64,000 bases of DNA from Clostridia bacterium. GTDB lineage: Bacteria > Bacillota > Clostridia > Oscillospirales > Acutalibacteraceae. Both the position numbers and the translations under genes were made by a program. A model generated the notes under the pieces. It saw only the letters and a list, made by a program, of their open reading frames with translations, did no database searches and was not told the origin of the DNA. Below are positions 1 through 9,830 of this stretch, piece by piece. The DNA lies in contig JAFXCH010000011.1 of the NCBI GenBank assembly GCA_017516485.1, forward strand, positions 12,184-76,183, written 5' to 3'. Positions within the stretch are counted from its first letter, which is position 1. Every line of letters begins with the position of its first letter.

Positions 1-562
1 AATCATATTTTGCCTTGAGTTCTTTGTTCCACGGAGCGTTGATGTTGCCTTTACCTGCAATATCCTGCCACTTGAGAGCAGGGTCAGCCTCTTTGTCATA
101 GAAAAGCTCATCTACAAGTACCTGCAGATTCTGAGGTGTGTTTACTTTATAGAATAATTCCGAAAATACGCTCGCAGATTTCCAGCCGATAAGCGCTCTT
201 GCATTCTCATCGCTGAGTGAAGAGAATGCAAACTGGCTGTCACCTGCTTCGAGTGCCTTGCAACTGTCCAGAACGGTTTTGACTGCAGGCTTCTGAGCGC
301 GGAATAGCAGAAGTCCCGAAACAGCTGTAATGAAAACGAGAATTATAGCGATAATACCGCTGTAGCGTATAGGGGTGTATATAAATCCCTGTCTGCATTC
401 CTCGCAAAGGTCGCTGTCTACAGTTGCGGTCTTGTATGCGGGTTTCTTTTCGCAGAGTATGCACATTTCGACCTTATCTTTTTCATTTTTGTCGGGTGGA
501 GTTATCTGTATACCTTCGTTGTTTTCCGGCTTTTTGTTGTGTTTTTTTTCATTTTCTGCCAA
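1..562 (-). CDS. hypothetical membrane protein with N-terminal CxxC...CxxC zinc-ribbon-like motif (3' end runs off the window)
   Basis: The minus-strand frame is open from the window edge up to TTG at 562-560, which lies 8 nt after AAGGGAGG. It is absent from the ORF track because it has no stop in the window. Translation reads MAENEKKHNKKPENNEG..MCILCEKKPAYKTATVDSDLCEECRQ, then a hydrophobic helix YSGIIAIILVFITAVSGLLLF. Track ORFs 240-464(-) and 375-656(+) are wrong frames of this region. Confidence 0.5.
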   Translation of the reverse strand, partial: MAENEKKHNKKPENNEGIQITPPDKNEKDKVEMCILCEKKPAYKTATVDSDLCEECRQGFIYTPIRYSGIIAIILVFITAVSGLLLFRAQKPAVKTVLDSCKALEAGDSQFAFSSLSDENARALIGWKSASVFSELFYKVNTPQNLQVLVDELFYDKEADPALKWQDIAGKGNINAPWNKELKAKYD

Positions 563-683
563 AAACAAAACCTCCCTTTTAACTCTAAAAAATAATACAT
601 TTTATATAATAACACGCATTGCATATTATTTCAAATATTATTTTTATTTTTTATAATAATGTTACATAAATGACAAATTGCGC

Positions 684-718
684 AACAAAAAACAGACTCC
701 GGGAAATCCCGAAGTCTG
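684..718 (-). terminator. rho-independent terminator downstream of the 734-2686 gene
   Basis: Hairpin CAGACTCCGGG-AAAT-CCCGAAGTCTG (693-718, one mismatch). On the minus strand it is followed by a T-run (plus-strand A-run 684-692). Confidence 0.55.
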
Positions 719-733
719 TCTGATGATTGAAAC

Positions 734-2686
734 TTATTTGTCAGCGACAAGCTCCTCGAATGCTGCCATAAGAGCAGAACCTGATGAGCGGCTGAATGCG
801 ATTGTCTCCTGATAGTGGTCGCCGAAGGGCTGCATATCGTCGAAGAAAATCATGCAGTAGTCGTTGTCGTTGAGGATGTAGCCGATTTCATCGTTTGCAA
901 GACCGAAGCAAAGGAGTACTTCGTCATCTGCAAGCTCAAGTGACTCTGCACAAGACTTGCCGTTGAAGTCACAGCCTGAGAATGAATTCTCAGCATCCAT
1001 TGTAGCACCACCGTAGATAAGCTCGGGGCTGATTTCGCCGGGCATCATTGTAGCCTTGATGTTTGTGCCGAATTCGACGTAGCCGATTTCTGTGGGTGTT
1101 GAGTATGTGCCGTCGCCGTTGTCAAGGATTCTGTGGTTAACAAGACCCATCTTACCGACGAGAAGGAGAACGGGGTTTTCAACTGTAACGATAACTTCCT
1201 TGTGAGCGATGTTGAGGATGGGGTCAACCTTTACTTCTTCAACAGGCTCCCAACCCTCGTACCAGAGTGAGTAGTGCTCACCGCCGTTTGCGATTTCTTC
1301 TTTGAGCTGCTCGTTGTTCTTGACATAGTCACTCTCAAGAACTTCATCATAAGTCTTTGTCATGCTCATTGTGATGTATGCAAGCTCTTTACCGTAGCGG
1401 TCAGCCTGCATCCAGCGCTCGGGCAGATCGACGTCATCGTTTGTCGGGCCACGGTCGGAGTAGATACCGAGAGTAGCACCGATGATGGGCATAAAGTTGT
1501 AGCCGTACTTGGAAAGAGTCTGGTTCATAGCTGCTGTGTAGTCGCCGGAGAGCTGCTTGCCTGAGCTTTCATCAGTCTTGAGACCTGTGATGTAGGGGTG
1601 AGCAGGCTCGTTTACGATGTATGTTTCTGCAGCTTCCTCGTTATAGGGATCGAAACGGAATACGTACATATTTCCGTCGTAAAAACCGGCTTCTTCATCG
1701 TAAAAGGCGGAATCACGGTCGTCGAAGAAGTACTCGTTGCAGTCCTTCTGGCTGAAGTAGAGGTCGCCCTCTTCCATATCTTCAACAGCGTTCTTAACGG
1801 ACTGTGCTGTACGCTCCTTGAGGAGGTTCATAAACTGCTCGTCGGGGCCGGATTGAGTCTTGAAGATAACATGGCCTGTAAGAGCTGCAAGTGTGTTGTT
1901 AGCCATCTTGAGGAAGAAGGGGTTCCAGAGGCCCATAGTGTCAATTTCACTATGGCAGTGTGTAGCTGTGACGTTAATGGAAACGATGTCATTTTCCTTT
2001 GCGAAGTCTGCAAGAAGTGCACGGATGTCGCGGATATCCTTGTTGGAGATACCGATACACTCGATTGTGCAGAATGCAACCTTGCCTCTGCCTGAGCCGT
2101 CGTCCATAACAACTGTGTATACGTTCATATCGTCGAGAACTTCTTCAACTGTGTTGGAGGGGAAGTTCTGAAGAAGGTAACCGCCGAGGTAGTAGGGTCT
2201 GTCAAGAATATCGTCGGGAACAAGGCTTGTCTGGTCGTAGCCGAGGCTCCACTGACCGTTGGGGTTAGAATCGATAAACTCTTTGTGACCTGCCATAAAA
2301 TCGGGGCTGTCGTACTCGTCAGCGTTGACAAAGGTTGTGTTTGCAACGGGTGCGGGGACAGCAAGGAGGTTGAGGATATCCATAAAGAGAAGCTCAAGGT
2401 ATGTATAAGCGATAGCTTCCTTCTGCTGCTCTGTCTTTGCTGTAACCATTGCATAAACAGCCTGAATGGGGTCGAGAAGGTTGAGAGCTTTACCGTTTAT
2501 GCGTACATATACGGGGTCGCCGAATTTTCTGTTGCAAGTGATTGAGCTGGGGATGTAGGTGTTGTCGACTTCTTCTGCTTCGGCAACGTCTGCTTTAGCT
2601 GCACTTGCTGATGTTGCTGCCGTAACAGCAGTGAACATAAGCAGGAGGCTGAGAAGAACGGCAAGAACCTTTTTGAGAGATTTCAT
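734..2686 (-). CDS. secreted protein of unknown function, possibly a neutral/alkaline ceramidase-like hydrolase
   Basis: Long ORF. ATG at 2686 is preceded by GGAGGAAAAAACA. Signal peptide MKSLKKVLAVLLSLLLMFTAVTAATSASA. The segment INVTATHCHSEIDTMGLW resembles the THTHSGPGG region of the ceramidase_alk family; this comparison is from memory and weak. Confidence 0.6.
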   Translation of the reverse strand: MKSLKKVLAVLLSLLLMFTAVTAATSASAAKADVAEAEEVDNTYIPSSITCNRKFGDPVYVRINGKALNLLDPIQAVYAMVTAKTEQQKEAIAYTYLELLFMDILNLLAVPAPVANTTFVNADEYDSPDFMAGHKEFIDSNPNGQWSLGYDQTSLVPDDILDRPYYLGGYLLQNFPSNTVEEVLDDMNVYTVVMDDGSGRGKVAFCTIECIGISNKDIRDIRALLADFAKENDIVSINVTATHCHSEIDTMGLWNPFFLKMANNTLAALTGHVIFKTQSGPDEQFMNLLKERTAQSVKNAVEDMEEGDLYFSQKDCNEYFFDDRDSAFYDEEAGFYDGNMYVFRFDPYNEEAAETYIVNEPAHPYITGLKTDESSGKQLSGDYTAAMNQTLSKYGYNFMPIIGATLGIYSDRGPTNDDVDLPERWMQADRYGKELAYITMSMTKTYDEVLESDYVKNNEQLKEEIANGGEHYSLWYEGWEPVEEVKVDPILNIAHKEVIVTVENPVLLLVGKMGLVNHRILDNGDGTYSTPTEIGYVEFGTNIKATMMPGEISPELIYGGATMDAENSFSGCDFNGKSCAESLELADDEVLLCFGLANDEIGYILNDNDYCMIFFDDMQPFGDHYQETIAFSRSSGSALMAAFEELVADK

Positions 2687-2867
2687 TGTTTTTTCCTCCG
2701 TTTTGTTTGTATTGTGATTGAAAGTTGATATAATACAATTAACCAACTAATAATACATCAAATATATTATCATAAACAGTAAAATAAAAGCAACGGCACT
2801 ATTACAGAATTTAAGTATGAATTATTGGTTAATATTACTGTATTTTAATTTAATACTGTTTATTGAG

Positions 2868-2896
2868 TTGACTATTCGGAGTTGTTTTGCTAAAAT
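2868..2896 (+). promoter_or_regulatory. sigma-70-type promoter upstream of sufC
   Basis: TTGACT (2868-2873), 17-nt spacer, TAAAAT (2891-2896). About 135 nt upstream of the ATG at 3035. Confidence 0.4.
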
Positions 2897-3034
2897 GCAC
2901 AGTGGAAGTGTTTTTTTAAAAGAAGGCAACTTTCTTTTAACTATTTAAGTAAACGGTGCACATCGCCACTATATGTATATGCGTGCCGTAAAAATATCTG
3001 CATTACCGACAGATTAAATCAGAAAGGTCAAAAA

Positions 3035-3763
3035 ATGCTCGAACTTAAAAATGTATCTTTTACCGTTGAAAACAGTGACGGCAATCTTGAGATAATCAAG
3101 GATGTTTCCCTTACTGTAAACGACGGCGAATTTCTTGTTATCACAGGCCCTAACGGCGGCGGCAAATCAACTCTTGCCCGCCTTATTATGGGCATCGAAC
3201 AGCCGACGGGCGGTCAGATTTTGCTCGACGGTAAGGACATCACAAATCTTTCCGTTACCGAAAGGGCACGCTATGGCGTGGGCTACGCATTCCAGCAGCC
3301 TCCCAGATTCAAGGGCCTTACGGTGCGCAGGCTTCTCAGCCTTGCCCACGGTGCGGACTTGCCCGTTGATGAGTGCTGTGCCTACCTCACAAACGTAGGC
3401 CTTTGCTCGAAGGATTATCTCAACCGCGAGATTGATGCTTCGCTTTCGGGTGGTGAGGTCAAGCGAATCGAAATCGCTTCGCTTATGGCGCGTGAGCTCA
3501 AGCTTGCAATATTTGACGAGCCTGAGGCAGGTATCGACCTCTGGAGCTTCTCAATGCTTGTTGAAACCTTCAAGACAATGAGCAGACGCCGCCACAACAG
3601 CGTTATCATAATTTCGCATCAGGAGCGTATAATGCAGCTTGCTGACAATATTGCCGTTATAGCAGGCGGTACTGTCAAGACATTCGGTGCAAAGGACGAT
3701 GTTTTCCCGAAACTGATGAGCGAGCTTGGCGAAAACTGCGGATTCAGAGGAGGTAACACATAA
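3035..3763 (+). CDS. sufC: Fe-S cluster assembly ATPase SufC
   Basis: Walker A GPNGGGKST, signature LSGGEVKRIEIA, Walker B AIFDEPEAGIDL. Soluble ABC ATPase directly followed by a SufB/D gene with ATGA-type coupling. Confidence 0.85.
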   Translation: MLELKNVSFTVENSDGNLEIIKDVSLTVNDGEFLVITGPNGGGKSTLARLIMGIEQPTGGQILLDGKDITNLSVTERARYGVGYAFQQPPRFKGLTVRRLLSLAHGADLPVDECCAYLTNVGLCSKDYLNREIDASLSGGEVKRIEIASLMARELKLAIFDEPEAGIDLWSFSMLVETFKTMSRRRHNSVIIISHQERIMQLADNIAVIAGGTVKTFGAKDDVFPKLMSELGENCGFRGGNT

Positions 3764-4686
3764 TGCTTGATTCTATTAAGAAAAACCTCCTCTTCTCAAT
3801 AGCGGATATTGACAGTATACCGGACGTTGGTGCATTTAATCTTCGTGTCAACGGTGAGGGCTTTGCACGCTCTTCTACCGAAACTGTAACAATTGAGCCG
3901 AAGAAGGACAAAAACGGTATCGATATTATCGTAAAGCCTTTTGCAAAGGCAGACAGAGTGCATATTCCCGTAATCGTTACCGAGTCCGGTGTTAACGACA
4001 CTGTGTATAACGACTTTTTTATCGGTGAAGGTGCCGAGGTGCAAATAGTTGCAGGCTGCGGTATCCATAACGACGGTGACTGCGACAGCAGACACAACGG
4101 TATTCACCGTTTCCACATCGGCAAAAATGCAAAGGTCACTTATGTCGAGAAGCATTACGGCGAGGGTGACGGCAACGGTACGCGTGTGCTTGACCCCGTA
4201 ACCGAGGTGTATATGGACGAGGGTGCCGAGTGCGAGATGGAAACGGTGCAGATTAAAGGTGTTGACTCTACCGAGCGTAAGAGTATCGCCCACCTTAAGG
4301 CAGGCGCAAAGCTTGTTATTACCGAGCGTCTTATGACTCACGGTAAGCAGTATGCAAGGAGCGATATGGAAATCGACCTTGACGGTGAGGATTCATCGGC
4401 TCAGATTATTTCACGCTCTGTCGCTAAAGACAGTTCGGAGCAGATATTTTATCCCAGAGCAGTCGGCAACTGCCGCTGCCGTGCACACGTACAGTGTGAC
4501 ACGATTATTATGGACGGCGCAAAGGTTCGTTCAATTCCCGAAATCGCGGCTAACCATGAGGATGCCCAGATAGTCCACGAAGCGGCTATCGGTAAAATAA
4601 ATAATGACCAGCTAACAAAGCTCTGTACACTCGGTATGACACCCGAGGAAGCTGAAGAGGTTATTATTGAAGGCTTCCTCAACTGA
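3763..4686 (+). CDS. SufB/SufD family Fe-S cluster assembly protein
   Basis: C-terminal region has a SufBD beta-helix-like sequence (SRSVAKDSSEQIFYPRAVGNCRCRAHVQCDTIIMDGAKVRSIPE...HEAAIGKINNDQLTKLCTLGMTPEEAEEVIIEGFL). Translationally coupled to sufC. Confidence 0.8.
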   Translation: MLDSIKKNLLFSIADIDSIPDVGAFNLRVNGEGFARSSTETVTIEPKKDKNGIDIIVKPFAKADRVHIPVIVTESGVNDTVYNDFFIGEGAEVQIVAGCGIHNDGDCDSRHNGIHRFHIGKNAKVTYVEKHYGEGDGNGTRVLDPVTEVYMDEGAECEMETVQIKGVDSTERKSIAHLKAGAKLVITERLMTHGKQYARSDMEIDLDGEDSSAQIISRSVAKDSSEQIFYPRAVGNCRCRAHVQCDTIIMDGAKVRSIPEIAANHEDAQIVHEAAIGKINNDQLTKLCTLGMTPEEAEEVIIEGFLN

Positions 4687-4718
4687 TTATACAAACAAAA
4701 ATAAAAAGGAGAACAATC

Positions 4719-6191
4719 ATGGCACAGGAATACTTTTGCGCCCCGAACGGTAAGCTGAACCGCAAGAGAACCATCCTCACAGGTTTTGGTTTTATGGCAA
4801 GCTCTATCGCCTGGGCAATCTACGACCCCTACATCACAAAAATCCTCAATAAGCTCCTCACGGAATCGGCAATGATTTCAAGCTGGAGTGCAAAGCTCAA
4901 CGATGCATTCCCGATTCTTGCAAGATTTGCAGAGACACAGGGTCAGGACGTCAATGCTGCAGGCGGCGGTATCACACTTGTTCCGCTCTTTATCGGTATT
5001 ATTATGACGTTCGATAACATCTTCGGTGTTATCTTCCAGCCTACCTTCGGTAAGCTTTCCGACCGTACTCATTCAAAATTGGGTAAGCGCCGTCCGTTCA
5101 TTATCTTCGGTGCTCCTGTTTCCGCTTTCCTTTTCGGTATTATTCCGTGGGTTGCACTCAGCGGTTCACTCTCGATGACAATGTTCTTTATCATCCTCTT
5201 TGTTTTCTCAATGTCACTCTGGAGAGCGCCCGTTGTTGCACTTATGCCTGCGCTTACACCTCCCTCACTTCGCAGTGAAGGTAACGCCATCATCAACCTT
5301 ATGGGCGGCGTCGGCAGTGCCATCGGTATGTTTGCAGGTACAATCGTAGGTATTTTCTACAAGCTCTTTACAGGTATCGAAATCACAACCGAAAACGAAA
5401 CTATCGCTTTCCCGTACGTATTCCTTACAGGCTCCGTTGTTATGATTATCGGTATGCTTGTAATTATGTTCTGTGTCAAAGAGCCTTCAAGCAAGCTTGA
5501 AGATATAGGCGAACGCAACAGAGCAGCAGACGAAAAGGCTGCAAAGAAGGCTGAAAAGGCTGCAAGAAAAGAGCAGAAGCTCTCAAAGGGCGAGCGTGCC
5601 AGCCTTATCTTTATGCTCGCAGGTCTTTTCTTCCTCTTCTGCGGCACAAACGCAATCACTACTTTCTTCGCTTTGTTTGCTGCTGAAATTCTCGGCAAGA
5701 CAACTGCAGAGGCTACAATTATGACAACACTCTTTGCCGTATGTTCCGCTATTGCAGCAATTCCTGCAGGCTATATGGGCAAGAAGATCGGCAGAAAGAA
5801 GACTATCATTATCGGTCTTGCCGCATTTATGGCTGCCTTTGTTCTCTACCTTGCAACACGCAGCAACCTTATTGTCTGGGCTGTTCTTGTTATCGGCGGC
5901 TTTGCAAATATGCTTATTACCGTTAACACTCTTCCGCTTGTCCTTGAAATCGGCGGTAACGACAGAGTCGGTACATTCACAGGCTACTACTACACAGCTA
6001 CATTCTCTGCTCAGATTGCATCTCCCATCGTTTACGGTGCGGTTCGTATGCTTTCCGGCACATATATGTCACTGTTTGTTTACAGCCCCATCATGTTTGT
6101 TCTCAGTATGCTTTGCATTTTCTTCGTTAAGCACGGCGAGGCTCTGCCCGACGAGGTTATAAAGGCTGCCGAAGAAGAAATCGACGATTGA
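4719..6191 (+). CDS. MFS transporter, GPH/SLC45-like sugar:cation symporter
   Basis: About 12 hydrophobic helices, a GKLSDRTHSKLGKRRPFIIFGAP motif typical of the glycoside-pentoside-hexuronide/SLC45 group, and a charged central loop. Confidence 0.7.
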   Translation: MAQEYFCAPNGKLNRKRTILTGFGFMASSIAWAIYDPYITKILNKLLTESAMISSWSAKLNDAFPILARFAETQGQDVNAAGGGITLVPLFIGIIMTFDNIFGVIFQPTFGKLSDRTHSKLGKRRPFIIFGAPVSAFLFGIIPWVALSGSLSMTMFFIILFVFSMSLWRAPVVALMPALTPPSLRSEGNAIINLMGGVGSAIGMFAGTIVGIFYKLFTGIEITTENETIAFPYVFLTGSVVMIIGMLVIMFCVKEPSSKLEDIGERNRAADEKAAKKAEKAARKEQKLSKGERASLIFMLAGLFFLFCGTNAITTFFALFAAEILGKTTAEATIMTTLFAVCSAIAAIPAGYMGKKIGRKKTIIIGLAAFMAAFVLYLATRSNLIVWAVLVIGGFANMLITVNTLPLVLEIGGNDRVGTFTGYYYTATFSAQIASPIVYGAVRMLSGTYMSLFVYSPIMFVLSMLCIFFVKHGEALPDEVIKAAEEEIDD

Positions 6192-6213
6192 TATAATTTA
6201 AGTTTTACATTGA

Positions 6214-6297
6214 CCTGCGGAGGAGATTTCTCCTTCGCAGGTGATATGCTTTAAGTTACGGTTTGCGAATGTGATGAACCGTGGTTTAAAGCATATC
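6214..6297 (+). other. two consecutive strong stem-loops in the MFS-GtrA intergenic region
   Basis: Hairpin 1: CCTGCGGAGGAGA/TCTCCTTCGCAGG (6214-6241). Hairpin 2: GATATGCTTTAA...TTAAAGCATATC with inner TTACGG/CCGTGG (6243-6297). Neither is followed by a clear U-tract. Confidence 0.4.
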
Positions 6298-6325
6298 TGA
6301 AATTACAATACGGAAGGTGACGGAA

Positions 6326-6814
6326 ATGGCTCAGGAAATTACCAAAAAGCAGACTCTTGTACAGACCGTAAAATTCGCAGCGTTTTCAATGGGTGCAGGC
6401 GTAATTCAGACTGTTACGTTTACACTTTTAAATGAAGTTGCGCATCTGAATTATTGGGCGGCTTATCTGCCTGCACTTGTGCTTTCCGTGCTGTTTAATT
6501 TCACGGTAAACCGCAAATTTACATTCAAATCTGCGGCAAATGTGCCGGTTGCAATGCTCAAGGTTGCAGGCTTCTACTGCGTATTTACTCCGCTCTCAAC
6601 CTGGGGCGGCGAATGGCTTGACACTTGGCTTAAGGCAAGTTTTCCTGCTATCGCCTCCTGGAATGAATACATAGTGCTCGCGCTTACAATGGTGCTCAAC
6701 CTTGTTACCGAGTATCTCTTCTGCCGTTTCTTTGTTTACCGCAACAATATGTATACAAACGCAGAAGGCATCAAAGAGCAGGAAAAAATAAAACATCTCA
6801 AGGATGAAGACTGA
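6326..6814 (+). CDS. GtrA family membrane protein
   Basis: Small 4-TM protein (VKFAAFSMGAGVIQTVTFTLLNEV..., FTVNRKFTF). ATG at 6326 follows GGAAGGTGA. The track start 6317 is an upstream GTG. Confidence 0.7.
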   Translation: MAQEITKKQTLVQTVKFAAFSMGAGVIQTVTFTLLNEVAHLNYWAAYLPALVLSVLFNFTVNRKFTFKSAANVPVAMLKVAGFYCVFTPLSTWGGEWLDTWLKASFPAIASWNEYIVLALTMVLNLVTEYLFCRFFVYRNNMYTNAEGIKEQEKIKHLKDED

Positions 6815-7782
6815 TGAAGAAAATTACAGCTATAATACTTTGTGCGGCGCTCTGCCTTTGTACGCTCTGCTCGTGCTCCTCTAAGAAGAGTACGGTGCTT
6901 ACCGTAGGCAAGGCGGAAGTTGACAATGAAGTTTTTGCGTATTTTTACAGCGAGGTATACACCCTTGCGGAAAGTACGGACGGCGACGTTAACGCAACGG
7001 ATACACTGATTAATCAGGCTGTTGACAAGTGCCTTGAGTACGTTGCATCAATAACGCTTTTCGACAAGCTGCAGCTTACTCTCACCGCCGATGAAAAAAA
7101 GAATATTGCCAACTCTGTTGAAGAAGAGTGGAAAATGTACGGCAGCTATTATACCAAAGCAGGTATCAGCAAGCAGACTGTTTTGAAGGTTGCCGAGGCA
7201 AGTGAATTCCGTACACAGCTTCTGCTTTATTACTTTGGCGAAGGCAGTGAATACGAGGCTACCGAAGCTGAAATAGAGCTGTATTTCGATCAGAATTATG
7301 TCGAGTTTAAGGCTATAAACGGCTACTTTACCACAGTGGACGAAAACGGTGAAACAGTGCCGATATCCGAAGAGGAAAAGACTGCGCTCAAAGAAGATTT
7401 TGAAAACAGGCGCAAGCAGCTTGAAGAAGGTATGAGCTTTGCCGAAATAAATGACGGGAATGAGGTTGAGTCAACCTTTATTGCGGTTTCAAATGCCGCT
7501 TATCCGGAGGGCTTCCTTGCTTCTGTTGCCGCACTTGAATACGATGTACCCACTGTTATTGAGACAGAGGAATATATTTTCCTTGTTGTACGCTCTGATG
7601 CAAAAGAGGGTGCGGACAGCTACTACCGTACTTACAGAGCAAAGTATATTGAAGACCTGCGCGGCGGCGACCTTACGGATATGCTGATTGCAACCGGTGA
7701 AGAGTACGAAATCACCCGTGAAGATAAAGATATGAAATCGATTGCAAAAGAAGTTGTCGAAGCCCGTAAATCCGAAAAGTAA
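6814..7782 (+). CDS. lipoprotein, SurA-N/PrsA-like chaperone-type (no PPIase motif seen)
   Basis: Signal peptide plus lipobox: MKKITAIILCAALCLCTLCSC. The start overlaps the gtrA stop by 1 nt. Confidence 0.6.
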   Translation: MKKITAIILCAALCLCTLCSCSSKKSTVLTVGKAEVDNEVFAYFYSEVYTLAESTDGDVNATDTLINQAVDKCLEYVASITLFDKLQLTLTADEKKNIANSVEEEWKMYGSYYTKAGISKQTVLKVAEASEFRTQLLLYYFGEGSEYEATEAEIELYFDQNYVEFKAINGYFTTVDENGETVPISEEEKTALKEDFENRRKQLEEGMSFAEINDGNEVESTFIAVSNAAYPEGFLASVAALEYDVPTVIETEEYIFLVVRSDAKEGADSYYRTYRAKYIEDLRGGDLTDMLIATGEEYEITREDKDMKSIAKEVVEARKSEK

Positions 7783-7785
7783 GAA

Positions 7786-9150
7786 GTGGTACAAGTGAAG
7801 CTTTTTGTAAAAGATAAAGCTTTTTATAAGAGCTTTTTTACAATGGCTCTTACAATTTCTCTTCAGAATATTGTTGTTTATGCAGTAAACCTTGCCGATA
7901 ATGTTATGATTGGCGATTACAGTGAGCTGTCACTGAGTGCGGTTGCCGTAGTCAATCAGATTCAGTTTATGCTGCAGATGATAGCACTCGGTACTTCAAA
8001 TGGTCTTACAGTGCTTACGTCGCAGTATTGGGGCGTCAAAAAAATGCAGCCTATCCGCAGAGTGTTTGCGGTTGCGCTTACGGTTGGTACGGCTCTTTCG
8101 CTTGCTGTTTTTGCGGCCGTGTTTTTTGCACCGACGGGTGTGCTGTCTCTGTTGACGGATCAGACAGCTGTTGTTGCCGAGGCAGAGAAATATGCACGAA
8201 TCGTCTGTTTCTCATATATACCTTTTGTTGTTTCACAGCTGCTTCTTGCACTTATGCGAAGTGTAGAAAAGGTGCGCATAGGCTTCAGCGTTTCACTCGT
8301 TGCGCTCGTTACAAATGTCACGCTCAACTATGTGCTGATTTACGGTAAACTCGGTGCACCCGTTATGGGTATCAGAGGTGCCGCAATTGCAACGCTTATA
8401 TCAAGGCTCGTTGAGCTATTGGTAGTTGCGGTGTATGTTTTTGCTGTTGAAAAAAATGTAAAGCTCAAGCTTTCAGACCTGCTTAAGGTTGAAAAAAGCT
8501 ATTTTAAAGACTATATAAAGGTCGGTTTTCCGCTTGTGCTTTCTGCAGGCAGTTGGGGTATAGCTATGGCTGTACAGGGGGCGATTCTCGGCCACCTCGG
8601 CTCCGAAACGGTACTCAGTGCAAACAGTATTGCGAGCACGGTGTTCCAGGTTCTGAGTGTTGTTGCGTATGCGGCAGGTAATGCCGCAGGTGTCATAATC
8701 GGCAAAACAGTAGGCGAAAACCGGATTGATGATGTTAAAAAATACACCAAAACCCTGCAGATGCTGTTTGTAATAATCAGTGTTGTTTCAAGTGCATTGC
8801 TGTTTATTTTCAAAGGCTTTTTTATATCGCTGTTTAAGGTTGAGCCTGCGACGGCAGAGCTTGCAAATATGTTTATAAATATCCTCTGCGTTACCCTTAT
8901 AGGTACGGGTTACGAAGCACCTGTGCTTGGCGGTATCGTTTCCGCAGGCGGTGAAACGGATTTTGTATTTAAAAACGACCTTATTTTTATGTGGGGGATA
9001 GTGCTTCCTGCTTCACTGTTGTCGGCTTTTGTTTTTCATTTTCCGCCGGCGGTTACTTTTGCCTGCCTTAAGGCAGACCAGGTGCTCAAATGTGCTGTAG
9101 CCGCAGTTAAAGTTAACCGATATAGGTGGATAAAGAATGTAACAAGGTAA
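7786..9150 (+). CDS. MATE family efflux transporter
   Basis: 12-TM protein with the typical MATE N-terminus (FFTMALTISLQNIVVYAVNLADNVMIG) and internal repeat (GIRGAAIATLISR). The exact start is uncertain. Confidence 0.8.
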   Translation: MVQVKLFVKDKAFYKSFFTMALTISLQNIVVYAVNLADNVMIGDYSELSLSAVAVVNQIQFMLQMIALGTSNGLTVLTSQYWGVKKMQPIRRVFAVALTVGTALSLAVFAAVFFAPTGVLSLLTDQTAVVAEAEKYARIVCFSYIPFVVSQLLLALMRSVEKVRIGFSVSLVALVTNVTLNYVLIYGKLGAPVMGIRGAAIATLISRLVELLVVAVYVFAVEKNVKLKLSDLLKVEKSYFKDYIKVGFPLVLSAGSWGIAMAVQGAILGHLGSETVLSANSIASTVFQVLSVVAYAAGNAAGVIIGKTVGENRIDDVKKYTKTLQMLFVIISVVSSALLFIFKGFFISLFKVEPATAELANMFINILCVTLIGTGYEAPVLGGIVSAGGETDFVFKNDLIFMWGIVLPASLLSAFVFHFPPAVTFACLKADQVLKCAVAAVKVNRYRWIKNVTR

Positions 9151-9189
9151 AATCATCGTGAATTTGCGTTTTCTTTAGCGAATTTACGG

Positions 9190-9218
9190 TTGACACATGT
9201 TTTTTACTGTGATATAAT
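9190..9218 (+). promoter_or_regulatory. consensus sigma-70 promoter for the small surface-protein gene
   Basis: TTGACA (9190-9195), exactly 17 nt spacer, TATAAT (9213-9218). Confidence 0.6.
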
Positions 9219-9288
9219 CAATTTAAATTATAAGTAATAGTATCGCTATAGGTACTTTTATATTAAACGAAAGGTTTGGTGTGTTACT

Positions 9289-9675
9289 ATGAAAAAAGTA
9301 ATCTCCGCAATTATTGCTTGCATATTCCTTATGGCTGTGGCTTCATCAGTTGCTGTTACATCTTTTGCAGCAGTCAGCCCGATTGCTCCCACAATCGATG
9401 AAACTACAACAAAGACTCCTCCCACAGAAGAGCCTACCGAAAAGCCTTCAGAAGAGCCTTCTGAAAAGCCTTCAGAGCCTACTTCAAAGCCCGATGTTGA
9501 CGAAACAACAACTGATATTGACGAATCAACAACAAAGAAGCCTGTCACATCCGATACAAACCCCTCTTCTCCTGACACAGGCTCATATGTAGGCAAGACT
9601 GCATCTGCAGCAGCTGTTGTTGCTCTTGCACTCGGCGGCGCAGTTGTCTACACAAGCAAGAAGAAAGCAGAATAA
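9289..9675 (+). CDS. small cell-wall-anchored protein (sortase B-type sorting signal SPDTG)
   Basis: Signal peptide MKKVISAIIACIFLMAVASSVAVTSFA, then a Pro/Thr/Glu/Ser-rich low-complexity stalk. C-terminal SPDTG is followed by hydrophobic AAAVVALALGGAVVY and a KKKAE tail. Confidence 0.8.
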   Translation: MKKVISAIIACIFLMAVASSVAVTSFAAVSPIAPTIDETTTKTPPTEEPTEKPSEEPSEKPSEPTSKPDVDETTTDIDESTTKKPVTSDTNPSSPDTGSYVGKTASAAAVVALALGGAVVYTSKKKAE

Positions 9676-9699
9676 TTATTGCTCTGAAAATCAGACTGT

Positions 9700-9736
9700 A
9701 AAAGCCCTGTGTTCGCCAAGAACTTAGGGCTTTTGT
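9700..9736 (+). terminator. rho-independent terminator/attenuator between the substrate gene and the sortase gene
   Basis: AAAGCCCT (9701-9708) pairs with AGGGCTTT (9726-9733), followed by TTTTG. Confidence 0.55.
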
Positions 9737-9830
9737 ATATTGAAGAAAGGGGGAGGCTAAGCTGAACCGCGAAAATAAGGGATATAAATTTGCCCAAGAA
9801 AAATACGAAGAAGAAAAAAGAAAAAACAAA

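Noticed and set aside
240-656. Track ORFs 240-464(-) and 375-656(+).
   Set aside because: A longer edge-truncated minus-strand frame with an RBS, a TTG start, a zinc-ribbon motif and a TM helix explains the region better. These two are off-frame.
9258-9596. A 112-aa minus-strand ORF and a 92-aa alternative-frame ORF overlapping the small surface-protein gene.
   Set aside because: They are low-complexity mirror-frame artefacts of the Pro/Thr/Glu-rich coding repeat. The plus-frame ORF has the promoter, RBS, signal peptide and sorting signal.
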